A stretch of DNA of 42,755 bases from Fimbriimonadia bacterium. Lineage in GTDB: Bacteria; Armatimonadota; Fimbriimonadia; Fimbriimonadales; JABRVX01. Shown one piece after another: positions 10,615-20,266 of this stretch (position 1 is its first letter; the number at the start of each line of letters is the position of its first letter). The notes under the pieces were generated by a model. That model had not been told where the DNA came from and ran no database searches. It was given only the letters and a program-made list of their open reading frames with translations. The stretch is taken from contig JBGPGO010000025.1 of the NCBI GenBank assembly GCA_041483895.1, forward strand, positions 1 through 42,755, written 5' to 3'. A program made the translations under genes and the position numbers.

Positions 10615-11688
10615 CTATCGAATCGCCTCTTCCGTGTTGACATCGAATAGGTGGGACCGGCTGAGATCCAACCGGACATGCAGCTGTTTTCCGACCTCCG
10701 GCAAGAAAGTGGGCGCCGTCCGGCACTTAAGCATTTTGCCGGCAACATGCACGTCGATAATATTCTCCGATCCAAGGGGCTCTACCACATATACATCACA
10801 GGGTACCGAGCCGTCAGTGGGTCCCACACTCAGGAGCGCATCCTCCGGCCTGATGCCGAGCACATACTTCTCTCCCGCCACTCCATTCTTGTACTGAAAC
10901 CCGTTCAGCACGATCTTCACATCATTGCCGATATCAATTTCGGATTCCGTAAGAATGCAGGGCAGAAAATTCATCGCGGGACTGCCGATAAATCCCGCCA
11001 CAAACATGTTCGCCGGTTGGTTGTACACATCTCCCGGAGTCCCGTATTGCAGAATCTTTCCCAAGTTCATCACGGCCACGCGATCGCCCATCGACATGGC
11101 CTCGATCTGGTCGTGCGTCACGTAGATCGTCGTCGCGCCAAGATCAGATTGGAGGCGCTTCAACTCCGCCCGCATCTCCGTTCGCAGCTTGGCATCCAGG
11201 TTCGTTAACGGCTCATCCATCAGGAACAATTTGGGCCGCCGAACCATTGCCCTGCCAATCGCGACTCGCTGCATTTCCCCCCCCGAAAGCAGGCCGGGCC
11301 GCCGCTTCATCAGGTGTTCGATATGAAGAATCTTCGACACTTCGCCAACTCGCTCCGCAATCATTTCCTTGGACGTCTTCGTCGCCTTTAGGGGAAAAGC
11401 CAGGTTTTCGAACACCGTCATGTGAGGGTAGAGGGCATATTGCTGAAACACGAACGCGATGTCTCTTTGCGAGGGCGGCAGTTTCGTGACCACTTCACTG
11501 CCGATCGATATCTCGCCGCCGTTCGGAATCTCCAAGCCCGCGATGCAGCGCAGTGTCGTGGTCTTTCCGCAGCCGGACGGTCCAACGAACACGACAAATT
11601 CCCCATCCGCAACAGTGATACACAGATCCCGGACGGCCACCAGATCGTCATACACTTTTAGCAGATCGGTTACGCGAACTTCAGCCAT
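10615..11688 (-). CDS. Sugar ABC transporter ATP-binding protein (MalK/UgpC type)
   Basis: Walker A GPSGCGKT, VFQQYALYPH, LSGGEMQR, MDEP, VTHDQ, GFIGSPAMN and a TOBE-like C-terminus. Confidence 0.95.
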   Translation of the reverse strand: MAEVRVTDLLKVYDDLVAVRDLCITVADGEFVVFVGPSGCGKTTTLRCIAGLEIPNGGEISIGSEVVTKLPPSQRDIAFVFQQYALYPHMTVFENLAFPLKATKTSKEMIAERVGEVSKILHIEHLMKRRPGLLSGGEMQRVAIGRAMVRRPKLFLMDEPLTNLDAKLRTEMRAELKRLQSDLGATTIYVTHDQIEAMSMGDRVAVMNLGKILQYGTPGDVYNQPANMFVAGFIGSPAMNFLPCILTESEIDIGNDVKIVLNGFQYKNGVAGEKYVLGIRPEDALLSVGPTDGSVPCDVYVVEPLGSENIIDVHVAGKMLKCRTAPTFLPEVGKQLHVRLDLSRSHLFDVNTEEAIR

Positions 11689-11690
11689 AG

Positions 11691-13610
11691 TTACCTCTTG
11701 ATAGCCCCAAACGTAACACCTCGCAATAGTTGATTGCGCAGCAGGAATGTGAATATGGCAACAGGTAAGAGGAATAGCAGCGTCCCCGCCGCAATCACAC
11801 CCCATTCAAATCCCTGTGCTCCTATCGCAAGACCTTGCAATCCGACAGGCGCTGTATAAGACTGCTTGCGATCCATCAGTATCAGTGCGAAGGCGAACTC
11901 ATTCCAAGCGGAAATAAAACAGAATATGGTAGTAGCTGCAATGCCTGGCAGCACCTGCGGCAGCGTCACATGCCAAAACGCGCGGAGACGCGAATAGCCA
12001 TCCAACAATGCGGCATCCTCATAGTCGCGCGGCACCTCCTCAAAAAAGCCTTTCAGCAGCCAAACTGCCAGCGATAGATTGAACACCGTGTATAGCAGTG
12101 ATAGGCCTGTATAGGTATTGCGAAGACCGATTGAGGTGAACATGAGAAAGATCGGAATCGCGACAACGACGGGAGGCAGCATTCGGGTGCTGAGAATGAA
12201 GAAGAGCCAGTCGTTTTTCCCCTTGACCCGGAACCGCGCCAACGCATACGCCGCCATTGCGCCCAGAGACACCGCAAGAATCGTGCTGGAAACACCCACA
12301 ATGGCGCTGTTTCCCACCTGGCGCAAATAGGACCCAGCGGTGCCGGAAGATCCTCCGGCGACCAATTTCTTATACTGCTCCATGGTCGGCGCGAAAGTCA
12401 CCTTCGGCGGCAACGCCACAATATCTTCTTGCTTCTTTAGCGAAGTCGCGGTGATCCAATACAGCGGGATCAGAAAGATCGCCAGAATTGCCGCGATCCC
12501 AACATAGGAAAGATAGTGCCGGGCGACGGAGCCTCCCAAAACACAAACGATTACGATGGCAACCAAGCTCAAAGAAACGATCGGCATGGAGGCCGCAACG
12601 GAAAGAAGTCCCAACACCGAGGTCCAATTCCAAATCACCACGATCGCGAAGAATCCAACCGGCCACCAAGATTGAACGAACGACATCCACTTCGTATCCG
12701 GCAGAGAAAAGAGCGGCCGGCTGTCGGCAGGCCCCTCTCCCCGCGCGCGATTGAGCGCCTTGATATAAACGTTTGCCAGCCCGATGATCATCACCAAGAC
12801 GATATAGGCCAGCGCGCAGCTCATTCCGGTGTCCGTACGGGAAAATGCCATACGATAGAGCTGCACCGCGACCGTCTCCGTCGCCGCGCCGGGACCACCA
12901 TCCGTCATCACCTTTACCATATCGAAAAACTTGAAGCAGTCCATGGTGCGAAGCAGCAGCGCAACCAAAAGAAGCGGTGTGATGAACGGAATGGTGATGT
13001 ACCGAAACTTGAACCAATAGCTCGCCCGGTCAACCTCTGCCGCTTCGTACAGATGTTTTGGCACCGAAGACAGACCCGCCAGCGACACGAGCATGATAAA
13101 CGGCGCCCACATCCATGTGTCCGCGATCACCAGCGACCAGAACGCCATGTTCGGGTCCGTCAGCCATCCCGTATACTGCGCGCCGAATACCGAATAGACC
13201 ACCGTCATGAGGCCCCACTGCGGCTCTAACAAGAAACGCCAAAAAACACCGACCAGCACGGGAGAAAGCATCATCGGCAGCAGGAACGCGGTGGTCACCA
13301 GCCCTTTCGCTCGGAATTGCCGATTCAATAACAGCGCAATCCCAAATCCAACGACGAACTGCGCGAAAACGGACAGCCCCACGAGGCGAGCGGTGCGGAC
13401 GAATACCTGCCACTTGTCCGGGTCCGTAAACAGATCCGTGTAGTTCGCGCCGCCGACCCAAACGGGCGCAATCGGAGAACCGGCGTGGTAGTTTGTGAAG
13501 CTGAGATACAGCGACCAGAAGAGAGGAAAGACGTTGAAGGCGATGAGCAATGTGAGCGATGGAATCAAAAACAGATTCGCGACCGCCCGGTCACCCAGCG
13601 CCTTTCGCAC
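11691..13610 (-). CDS. Sugar ABC transporter permease, fused MalF-like + MalG-like domains
   Basis: A single 639-aa frame with two EAA loops (YEAAEVDRAS and YEDAALLDGYS) and two permease halves. Confidence 0.9.
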   Translation of the reverse strand: MRKALGDRAVANLFLIPSLTLLIAFNVFPLFWSLYLSFTNYHAGSPIAPVWVGGANYTDLFTDPDKWQVFVRTARLVGLSVFAQFVVGFGIALLLNRQFRAKGLVTTAFLLPMMLSPVLVGVFWRFLLEPQWGLMTVVYSVFGAQYTGWLTDPNMAFWSLVIADTWMWAPFIMLVSLAGLSSVPKHLYEAAEVDRASYWFKFRYITIPFITPLLLVALLLRTMDCFKFFDMVKVMTDGGPGAATETVAVQLYRMAFSRTDTGMSCALAYIVLVMIIGLANVYIKALNRARGEGPADSRPLFSLPDTKWMSFVQSWWPVGFFAIVVIWNWTSVLGLLSVAASMPIVSLSLVAIVIVCVLGGSVARHYLSYVGIAAILAIFLIPLYWITATSLKKQEDIVALPPKVTFAPTMEQYKKLVAGGSSGTAGSYLRQVGNSAIVGVSSTILAVSLGAMAAYALARFRVKGKNDWLFFILSTRMLPPVVVAIPIFLMFTSIGLRNTYTGLSLLYTVFNLSLAVWLLKGFFEEVPRDYEDAALLDGYSRLRAFWHVTLPQVLPGIAATTIFCFISAWNEFAFALILMDRKQSYTAPVGLQGLAIGAQGFEWGVIAAGTLLFLLPVAIFTFLLRNQLLRGVTFGAIKR

Positions 13611-13611
13611 C

Positions 13612-14931
13612 CTACTTGCTCGTAACCAGGCCGGCCTGTGTCAACGTCTTGAGTTGCGATTGTGCGATGGCGTCCAGCGCTTCTTTGGGCGTAAGCTGGC
13701 CGGTCACCGCCGCGTTGAGCTTCTCTTGCGACACGTCCAAGAGCTGCTGATAGACCTTGTTGTTCGCAAAGTCTTTGAGAAGCGGGACGGTTTCGCTAAA
13801 CACCGCGTTGTATGGAGCTGCATTCTTGAAATCGTCGCTCTTTAGAACGTTGATGTTGGCCGTGTACCCGCCGAGCTTGGCCCATGCGAGTTGTGTCTCC
13901 TGCTTCGCGAACCACTCCATAAATTTCCTTGCCTCACCCTGCTTCTTCGAATAGGATGAGATGGACATACCCTGTCCGCCCAGCGAAACATAGTGCCCTT
14001 TCGGCCCGCCGGGACTTAGGAAATAGCCGGTGTGATCGAAAAACTTATTTGTCTTTGGGTCGTTGATTCCGGGCATAAACGCGAACCACTCCTCCGCCAT
14101 TGCAAGCTGGCCGGTATTGAACGCGTTCTTGGTCTCCTCAAAATAGTAGTTGACGACGCCGGGAGGCGCGAACTTCTTCAAATCGATAAAGAATTCAAGC
14201 GCTCTCACCGCGTCCGGCGAATTGATCACGCCCATCGGATTCTCGTTCTTGTCCACCCAATCGCCGCCGTAGCACCACAGGACTTGCTCAAAACCCATCG
14301 TCACGGAGTCATATTGCTTGGAATAGAACAGCGCGCAGCCGTACAGCTTTTGATCCGGTCGCGTAAAGAACTCGGCGATATCCCGGAACTGGCCCCAGGT
14401 CTTCGGCGGCGCAAGGTCGTATCCGTACTTTGCCCGGAAAGCCGCCATCTCCTTCGGATCCTCGAAAAGGTCTTTACGATAGGCAAATCCGATACCGTCG
14501 GATTCGCACGGCATCGCATAATATTTTCCGGATCCGGCCGGGTATTCGCCATATGCCGCTAGCGCCGCGGGCGTGATGTCATCCATCTTGACCGCGGTCT
14601 TCATCCAGTCGGTCAGGTCCACGTAGTGTTTTTCTTCGGCCCCCTGCCCCAGCCACTGGCTGTCGCCTATGATGATGTCGTATTCGGAACTCTTGCCTGC
14701 CCAAACCGTGTTGCGCTTATCCAGATATTGAGCCCACGGGACCTGCTCGACCCGGACCCTAATGCCGCCGGGATAGGTATCGACCAGCTTTTGGAGCGCG
14801 TCGGCGGGCTGCCACTGGGCCCAGAGGATGACCAACTCATCCTTACCTCCGCCGGCGCCCTTGTCGCCGCCGCATCCAAAGAGCGCCAGCGCGCCGAGTA
14901 CCGCAAAACCAAAGAAAACCCTTCGCATCAT
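13612..14931 (-). CDS. Sugar ABC transporter substrate-binding lipoprotein
   Basis: Lipobox LALFG-C. SBP_bac_1-like motifs (YRKDLF, PPKTW, GGQGMSI). Operon context. Confidence 0.92.
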   Translation of the reverse strand: MMRRVFFGFAVLGALALFGCGGDKGAGGGKDELVILWAQWQPADALQKLVDTYPGGIRVRVEQVPWAQYLDKRNTVWAGKSSEYDIIIGDSQWLGQGAEEKHYVDLTDWMKTAVKMDDITPAALAAYGEYPAGSGKYYAMPCESDGIGFAYRKDLFEDPKEMAAFRAKYGYDLAPPKTWGQFRDIAEFFTRPDQKLYGCALFYSKQYDSVTMGFEQVLWCYGGDWVDKNENPMGVINSPDAVRALEFFIDLKKFAPPGVVNYYFEETKNAFNTGQLAMAEEWFAFMPGINDPKTNKFFDHTGYFLSPGGPKGHYVSLGGQGMSISSYSKKQGEARKFMEWFAKQETQLAWAKLGGYTANINVLKSDDFKNAAPYNAVFSETVPLLKDFANNKVYQQLLDVSQEKLNAAVTGQLTPKEALDAIAQSQLKTLTQAGLVTSK

Positions 14932-14941
14932 GCCCTCCTGC

Positions 14942-15700
14942 TTACGATCGAACCTCGATCTGGAAGTCTATCAAGTCGAGCGACGGTTCCGTACGGTCGC
15001 CATTCCTAACGTCGCCAACTGGCTCAAAGTCTGCTCCGTATTTCTGCAAATCATAGACACCATCCTGCCGAACGTCGATATTGATGTATTTGTTTAGGTT
15101 CCCTTCGGCGTTATTCCCAAACGCCTCCCAGAACCGATCATAGTCCCCTGCGGGATTGTCCGGGATTACGTTTGTCGCAACGACGTTGACCTGTATGAAG
15201 ACCGGATTTTGGTCCTGGGTGAGGTCAATGCCAAGTTGGTGCGTGTCCAACTCAAAGCGGATCACTTTGTCCCCGGTATGCGGGTCGGTCACCGAGACCG
15301 GCTGACCCCGCGGTATCAGTTGGTTTTGATCGACATCAGGATCGTTTAATTTGTAGAGGCCGATGACGCCAGGCCCCTGAAAACTTTTGAACGGTCCAAG
15401 GGCAACCACATGGGTAAAGTGCCCTGCGGCGTAACCATTGCCCCAGGACCCCGCGGGGCTCTTTTGGATCACCGGTATCGGACCCGTCGCGCCCGTAGGA
15501 TCGTTATCATTATCGATCAGGACGAGATAGGAGTATGCCGTCTGATCATCGCCAAGTCCCAAACGCAGATCATTCTGGAAGGTGAGGGTGAAAACAAGCC
15601 GTTTGCCACTCGCCGCACCTGGATTGGCAGGAAACCTGGCACAGCCACCCAGCATAAGGGCGAAACAGGCAACGACCGGCAGTCCCCATCGAGGTTTCAT
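14942..15700 (-). CDS. Uncharacterised lipoprotein
   Basis: MKPRWGLPVVACFALMLGG-C lipobox. Ends 10 nt before the SBP start. Confidence 0.8.
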   Translation of the reverse strand: MKPRWGLPVVACFALMLGGCARFPANPGAASGKRLVFTLTFQNDLRLGLGDDQTAYSYLVLIDNDNDPTGATGPIPVIQKSPAGSWGNGYAAGHFTHVVALGPFKSFQGPGVIGLYKLNDPDVDQNQLIPRGQPVSVTDPHTGDKVIRFELDTHQLGIDLTQDQNPVFIQVNVVATNVIPDNPAGDYDRFWEAFGNNAEGNLNKYINIDVRQDGVYDLQKYGADFEPVGDVRNGDRTEPSLDLIDFQIEVRS

Positions 15701-15774
15701 CTCTTCGATAGTTCGCAGTCCTGCCGTCAACTCCTTTGCCAAACCGCCAATCCGTCCCCGTCAGCCAAACGGCT

Positions 15775-15890
15775 GTCATTCCGAAGCGGAGCGAGGAATC
15801 CCTCTCTGGACGTCCTGCTGTCCACGAACGTTGGCGAACGGCGAGAAGTTCTGAGAGGGATTCCTCAGTCGCAAGCTCCTTCGGAATGAC
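15775..15890. repeat. REP/REPIN-like palindromic element (GTCATTCCG...CGGAATGAC type)
   Basis: Outer arms GTCATTCCGAAG/CTTCGGAATGAC and inner arms GAGGAATCCCTCT/AGAGGGATTCCTC. Intergenic. Confidence 0.75.
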
Positions 15891-15952
15891 ACCGTGGTCG
15901 GTGGGAACCGGACGCGGCCACACCGAGAACCCTGGGAAGAGGCGAAAGCCTC

Positions 15953-18580
15953 TCACCCCAATCGGATTGTGAGGCTCTGCCCCGGAGTAAGCTCAATTGT
16001 CTCCGCCAGGCGGGCCCAAACGTGATCGTCCCGGCGCTCAAACGTCGCCAGGTGGCCGTCGACCGATCCCGTGGCCGGGCCGTCGCTCAGCACTCCGATC
16101 TCCGACAGAGGCAGCCGGCCGGCCGCGACATGGATGGTGACTTCGGGCCCCTTTTGCTCCACAACCCCATAGGCGGTGCCGGCCGCAAAGAAGCCGCTGA
16201 AATCCGACCCCTGCCCGCGAGGACCGACCCGCAATCGCTTCGAATCCGCCTCATAGACAATCCCCGCCAAAAGGTCCAGCATCCCCCAACTGCTCATCGA
16301 CCGCACGTAGTGGTCGCCGCACTCCACCTCGTTCCACGGATTGCGCTCGAACCCATCGTATCGATCCCGAACCGCCTTGCCAATCGCCAGCCCCTCCATC
16401 GTCATCCCTTCATGCAGCATCAGCCCGGCAACCGCATATTCGACCCCCGTCCATACCTCGTCCGAATAGAGAAGCGAAACCTCCGGCCTCTCCCCCACCT
16501 TGTAGCTCGCGTTCAGCAATCCCCGATCATGGCCGGAGGCGAACACGCGCGGCTGCTGGACGAAATGCTCGAAGCCGTCCAAAAAATTGTATTTGAAAAT
16601 GGAGGCCAGCGCCGAGCGGACGTGGTCCTTCGGCAGCACGTAGCCCAATCCCAAAATATGCGCCCACCACTGACCCAGCAGCTGGTCCGAGACGCACCCG
16701 GCCCCGAATTGGTGCTTCGGATGTTCCTTCAGATCGACGACCTGAATGAAGTACTCCCCATTCCAGCAGGTCTTGTCGTAGTTGGCCGACCCCATGGCAA
16801 ACCGCTCGCGAAACGCCTTCGCTCTCTTCGTCTTTCCGGCAGCATCCGCCAACCGGGCGGCGGCGAGCAAGGCGGCGAGATAGAGAGACCCGATGAAGGT
16901 GTTCGGCCCATACAGGTGGATGTCGTAAGTGTTGCCCTGCTCGCCTTTGATGACGCCATCGCCGTCCGTGTCGCAATGGGTCATCGCATATTCCATCGCC
17001 CGATCCACATGGGGCCACATCGCCGAGAGGAACACCGGATCGCCGCAACCCAGGAACTCTCGGCAGGTCTTGAGCACCCCGCCGAACAGACCGTCCAACG
17101 CAGGATTGTCCGGGCCGCCGATCTTCATTCCCCAAAGACGCGGCAGATACTCCGGCAACGTGGTCCGGTGCGGAAGGTAGCCCGTCTCGTGTTGGTTTAC
17201 GACCCAATCCGTTCGCCGCATCGACCGGTCCAGATCCGGCCAGAGGCGCGCGACGGTCATCTCGTAATTCCACACGTGCGTGCAGTTGAGCGCGCAGCAA
17301 CCGCCCACCCCGCCGGCCCAACTGGCGCTCGCCCCGTTCCCGCCCTCGAACCCATAAAATTCGCCACGCTCGTCTTGCAGGCAGATGTTGGTCCGGGCCG
17401 GAACGATATTGGCGGTGACGGCATCCAGAAACCAGTACGGCTGACTGACTCCGTACATGGTGTCTCGGAAGCGATGGGCGGCCGCGACAAGTTCATCCTT
17501 GCGCTCGTAAACGTGCTGCACCACCCGCAACGCCGAGCCGAACCGGTTGTAGTGATTTCCCAGCCAGAACTTCGTCTTTTTATCGTGGGTCACGTCGACG
17601 GGCTGGTCCCAGTTCACGACCCGGTTGGGGAAATACCAAGCGAGAAGGAAGGTGATCTCCCGCGTCTCATCGGGCCCCAAAGGGAACTTGGAGGCAAGCG
17701 AGCCGGCCCATGTACGCCACGGCGCGCTCGGCAGGCTGTCGGCCTCCACCTTGAACTCTCCGTCGCGGCTGAACTCGTACCACATCTGCTCCACATCGTC
17801 CCATTGCGGCAGCGAAGTGACCTCGTCTGCAAATGCGGCCAGCGCCACCTCGCCCCAATGGGTATGGTCGTCCGGCAGGCGCGAGGTGACCATCTCGAGG
17901 GTGTATCGGCCGGGCACTCGATGGAGCCGGTTTTGGTTGCCGCCATAGCCTGGATTTTGGGCCTCCCGGATCAGGGTCGCGCCGTCCCACCCCACGAAAT
18001 TCTGCTGGCTCGCCATCAGAGAGGCCGTAATTCGGTGCTTCGTCTTATTGTGAACTTTGAACGTGAATAGCACGGCGGGGATGCCTGATGTGTCCGAATC
18101 AAATGGCTGGAACGGAGAGAACGCTTCCATTCGGATTTCGACGGGCATGTCCCGCTCGTGGTATGAAATCTCCGCTATCGGATATTCGCCGATAAACCGG
18201 GTCTCCCAAACGCACGGCAGCTTGTCTACCCACCGGATCAGCTCGCGCGGCACAACGTGGTCGTTTACATTTTTTGCCGGTAGAAAGTCGTTCTCCGCGA
18301 AAAAGCGCTTTGTCTGCAGCGCATAGGCAACCGGCTCATGCCCCGGCTGCCGCAGCCAAAGCGCGAAAAACGAATGGGGAACGTACCCGGAGTGATTTAC
18401 CTGGTTGACGAGCTGCCATTGGCGCAGGCTGCCGTCTCCGCAAAGAGCGACGGTACCGGTTCCGATTCCGCCGAGCGGCATTGCGACGCAGCGCAAATCG
18501 TCGCCGATGTACTCGCGGCGGGGGCCGCGTTCCGTGAGGTTCTTCGTCCAGGTATTTTGGTTGAGGCGTCCTTTGGGCAT
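15953..18580 (-). CDS. GH116 family glycoside hydrolase (GBA2-like beta-glucosidase)
   Basis: MPLGGIGTG N-terminus, NCTHVWNYE, NTYD, SDQLLGQWWA, EVWTGVEY and NPWNEVECGDHYVRSMSSW motifs. Start uncertain (18580, 18604 or 18643). Confidence 0.9.
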   Translation of the reverse strand: MPKGRLNQNTWTKNLTERGPRREYIGDDLRCVAMPLGGIGTGTVALCGDGSLRQWQLVNQVNHSGYVPHSFFALWLRQPGHEPVAYALQTKRFFAENDFLPAKNVNDHVVPRELIRWVDKLPCVWETRFIGEYPIAEISYHERDMPVEIRMEAFSPFQPFDSDTSGIPAVLFTFKVHNKTKHRITASLMASQQNFVGWDGATLIREAQNPGYGGNQNRLHRVPGRYTLEMVTSRLPDDHTHWGEVALAAFADEVTSLPQWDDVEQMWYEFSRDGEFKVEADSLPSAPWRTWAGSLASKFPLGPDETREITFLLAWYFPNRVVNWDQPVDVTHDKKTKFWLGNHYNRFGSALRVVQHVYERKDELVAAAHRFRDTMYGVSQPYWFLDAVTANIVPARTNICLQDERGEFYGFEGGNGASASWAGGVGGCCALNCTHVWNYEMTVARLWPDLDRSMRRTDWVVNQHETGYLPHRTTLPEYLPRLWGMKIGGPDNPALDGLFGGVLKTCREFLGCGDPVFLSAMWPHVDRAMEYAMTHCDTDGDGVIKGEQGNTYDIHLYGPNTFIGSLYLAALLAAARLADAAGKTKRAKAFRERFAMGSANYDKTCWNGEYFIQVVDLKEHPKHQFGAGCVSDQLLGQWWAHILGLGYVLPKDHVRSALASIFKYNFLDGFEHFVQQPRVFASGHDRGLLNASYKVGERPEVSLLYSDEVWTGVEYAVAGLMLHEGMTMEGLAIGKAVRDRYDGFERNPWNEVECGDHYVRSMSSWGMLDLLAGIVYEADSKRLRVGPRGQGSDFSGFFAAGTAYGVVEQKGPEVTIHVAAGRLPLSEIGVLSDGPATGSVDGHLATFERRDDHVWARLAETIELTPGQSLTIRLG

Positions 18581-18701
18581 GGCCGTTAGATTCGATACGC
18601 CCATCGGTATCACCTTTGCATGACTGCCAACGGTAGCCCGCAAAGATGTTGGGGGGAAAAATATGTTGTAAAATTGAAGTGCGCGATGGGAAGGGGTCGT
18701 T

Positions 18702-19451
18702 ATGTTTCATGTTTACCAGGAAGCTCAGACTGTAATTGATCGCATACTTCCAGAAAAGCCGGTGTTGTCCGTTCTGGAAGCGGGATGTGGTTCTTATTGC
18801 TACGTCACTTTGCCCAAGGGCTCACATCTAGTCGGCATCGATATTTCCGCGAGACAGCTGGAGCGCAACGAGATCGTCCATGAAAAGATCTGTGGAGACC
18901 TGCAAACCTATGAACTCCCAGAACAGAGCTACGACGTGATCGTTTGTTGGGACGTACTTGAACATCTAAGCACCCCGGAACTGGCGCTGAGCAATTTCGT
19001 TCGCTCGATCCGTCCCGGCGGCCTGATTATTCTCGCGCTTCCGAATGTTCTATCGACCAAAGGGCTTATCGCGAAATTCACTCCCCATCGATTTCATGTC
19101 TGGGTTTACAGGACCTTCATGGGGCGTCCTAATGCCGGCACGGAAGACGTCGGCCCATTCAAAACCTACCTGCGATCGTCAATCGAGCCACACAAGTTAA
19201 CGAAATTTGCCATCCGCAATCGGTTCGAGATTTCGTTTTTCCAGATGTATGAATCCCCGATGCAAAAGAGCATTCGCTCAAAATCAAAGCTGATTAGCTT
19301 TGGACTGAGTTTCATCCGAGCGGCCGGCAGGGTGCTCACTCTGGGAAGAACCGACTTGGACCTCAGCGATACCATCATTGTTTTGCGAAAGCCGGATTCG
19401 GTCCGATTTCGGTCAAAATCCCCAAAAAGCGCGGAGCTCACCGCCGGATGA
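18702..19451 (+). CDS. Class I SAM-dependent methyltransferase
   Basis: VLEAGCG, GIDIS, YDVIVCWDVLEHL and IRPGGLII motifs. Confidence 0.88.
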   Translation: MFHVYQEAQTVIDRILPEKPVLSVLEAGCGSYCYVTLPKGSHLVGIDISARQLERNEIVHEKICGDLQTYELPEQSYDVIVCWDVLEHLSTPELALSNFVRSIRPGGLIILALPNVLSTKGLIAKFTPHRFHVWVYRTFMGRPNAGTEDVGPFKTYLRSSIEPHKLTKFAIRNRFEISFFQMYESPMQKSIRSKSKLISFGLSFIRAAGRVLTLGRTDLDLSDTIIVLRKPDSVRFRSKSPKSAELTAG

Positions 19452-19821
19452 CGTATGCGTCGCGCCGTGGCGAGTGGGTGTTGGTGACGCAAAGCAGATG
19501 CACCGGATCCTCATGCCCGAACCAGACGGGATCGTCGCGGTTCCAATAGCAATAATAGACGACGCTGCCGTCATCCATCTTCCGCCATCCGTCCTCGCCC
19601 AAACCAGTAACTAGAGCGACGTATGCCGACGGGATCAGCTTGGCGTCGGTCTGAAAGGTGAACATGCGATCTCCCCGCAGGCCGGCGTCTCGGGCGTACA
19701 GGCCAAGCTCGTCCGTGAGCAAATATCCCTCCAATGGAATTCGACGCGGCCCCTGGTTCTGCAGCAGGATGAACTCTTTTTCGGGAACGGAGGAGCGTTG
19801 GACGCCGACGATGCGGATCAT
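19438..19821 (-). CDS. Small lamin-tail-domain-like hypothetical protein
   Basis: ATG preceded by GGAGG. EFILLQNQG...LEGYLLTD...YWNRDDPVW resembles the LTD pattern. Confidence 0.65.
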   Translation of the reverse strand: MIRIVGVQRSSVPEKEFILLQNQGPRRIPLEGYLLTDELGLYARDAGLRGDRMFTFQTDAKLIPSAYVALVTGLGEDGWRKMDDGSVVYYCYWNRDDPVWFGHEDPVHLLCVTNTHSPRRDAYVIRR

Positions 19822-19907
19822 GCGCTGCTGCCTCCGAACCACCACCCAACCCTCCCCCTTTTTCCCGAAATCGACATGCGCAGGGGAGTGTCGGACGGGA
19901 AAAATGG

Positions 19908-20044
19908 GGAGGGCATTGGAATGGGGGCGGCGTGGAGCCGTGGGACAGGGGAGCCTGCCTCTCTGGGGAAGCATCCGTGGCGATACAAGTGCCGGCTGTT
20001 CGTTCGTCCCACCCTTCCTGACTCCACGCCTTTCAATGTTCCGA
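19908..20044. ncRNA. Candidate structured RNA (long irregular stem with apical multiloop), identity and strand unresolved
   Basis: Nested complementary pairs CATTGGAA/TTTCAATG, GGCGTGGAG/CTCCACGCC, GTGGGAC/GTCCCAC and AGCC/GGCT in a ~440-bp intergenic region. Confidence 0.4.
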
Positions 20045-20152
20045 GTAGTATGACCCTCCGTCCAAAAATCTCAGGGCGGCGACCCTTCGGCACGCCTATG
20101 GTGCCGCCCGTTTTGCTCTCCTCGATGATAAACCCGTTCCAACGACCGCTCC

Positions 20153-20191
20153 AAAAAACTGCCGGGAGCTCGACCTACAGAGCTCCCGGCA
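20153..20191 (-). terminator. Rho-independent terminator of nrdR-nrdJ
   Basis: 12-bp stem TGCCGGGAGCTC/GAGCTCCCGGCA followed on the minus strand by GTTTTTT. Confidence 0.8.
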
Positions 20192-20266
20192 TAAGCAGGG
20201 AGTGGCTACGAGCAGTCGTTGCGATCCCAATCGGGATCGACGAAACCGTTTCAATTGTCAAGGTTG

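Noticed and set aside
16022..18070. 682-aa plus-strand ORF
   Set aside because: Antisense shadow of the GH116 gene. It has no motifs and is typical of high-GC codon bias.
19880..20060. Cobalamin riboswitch near nrdJ
   Set aside because: It lies downstream of nrdJ and its terminator, and the conserved B12-box and core motifs are not convincingly present.
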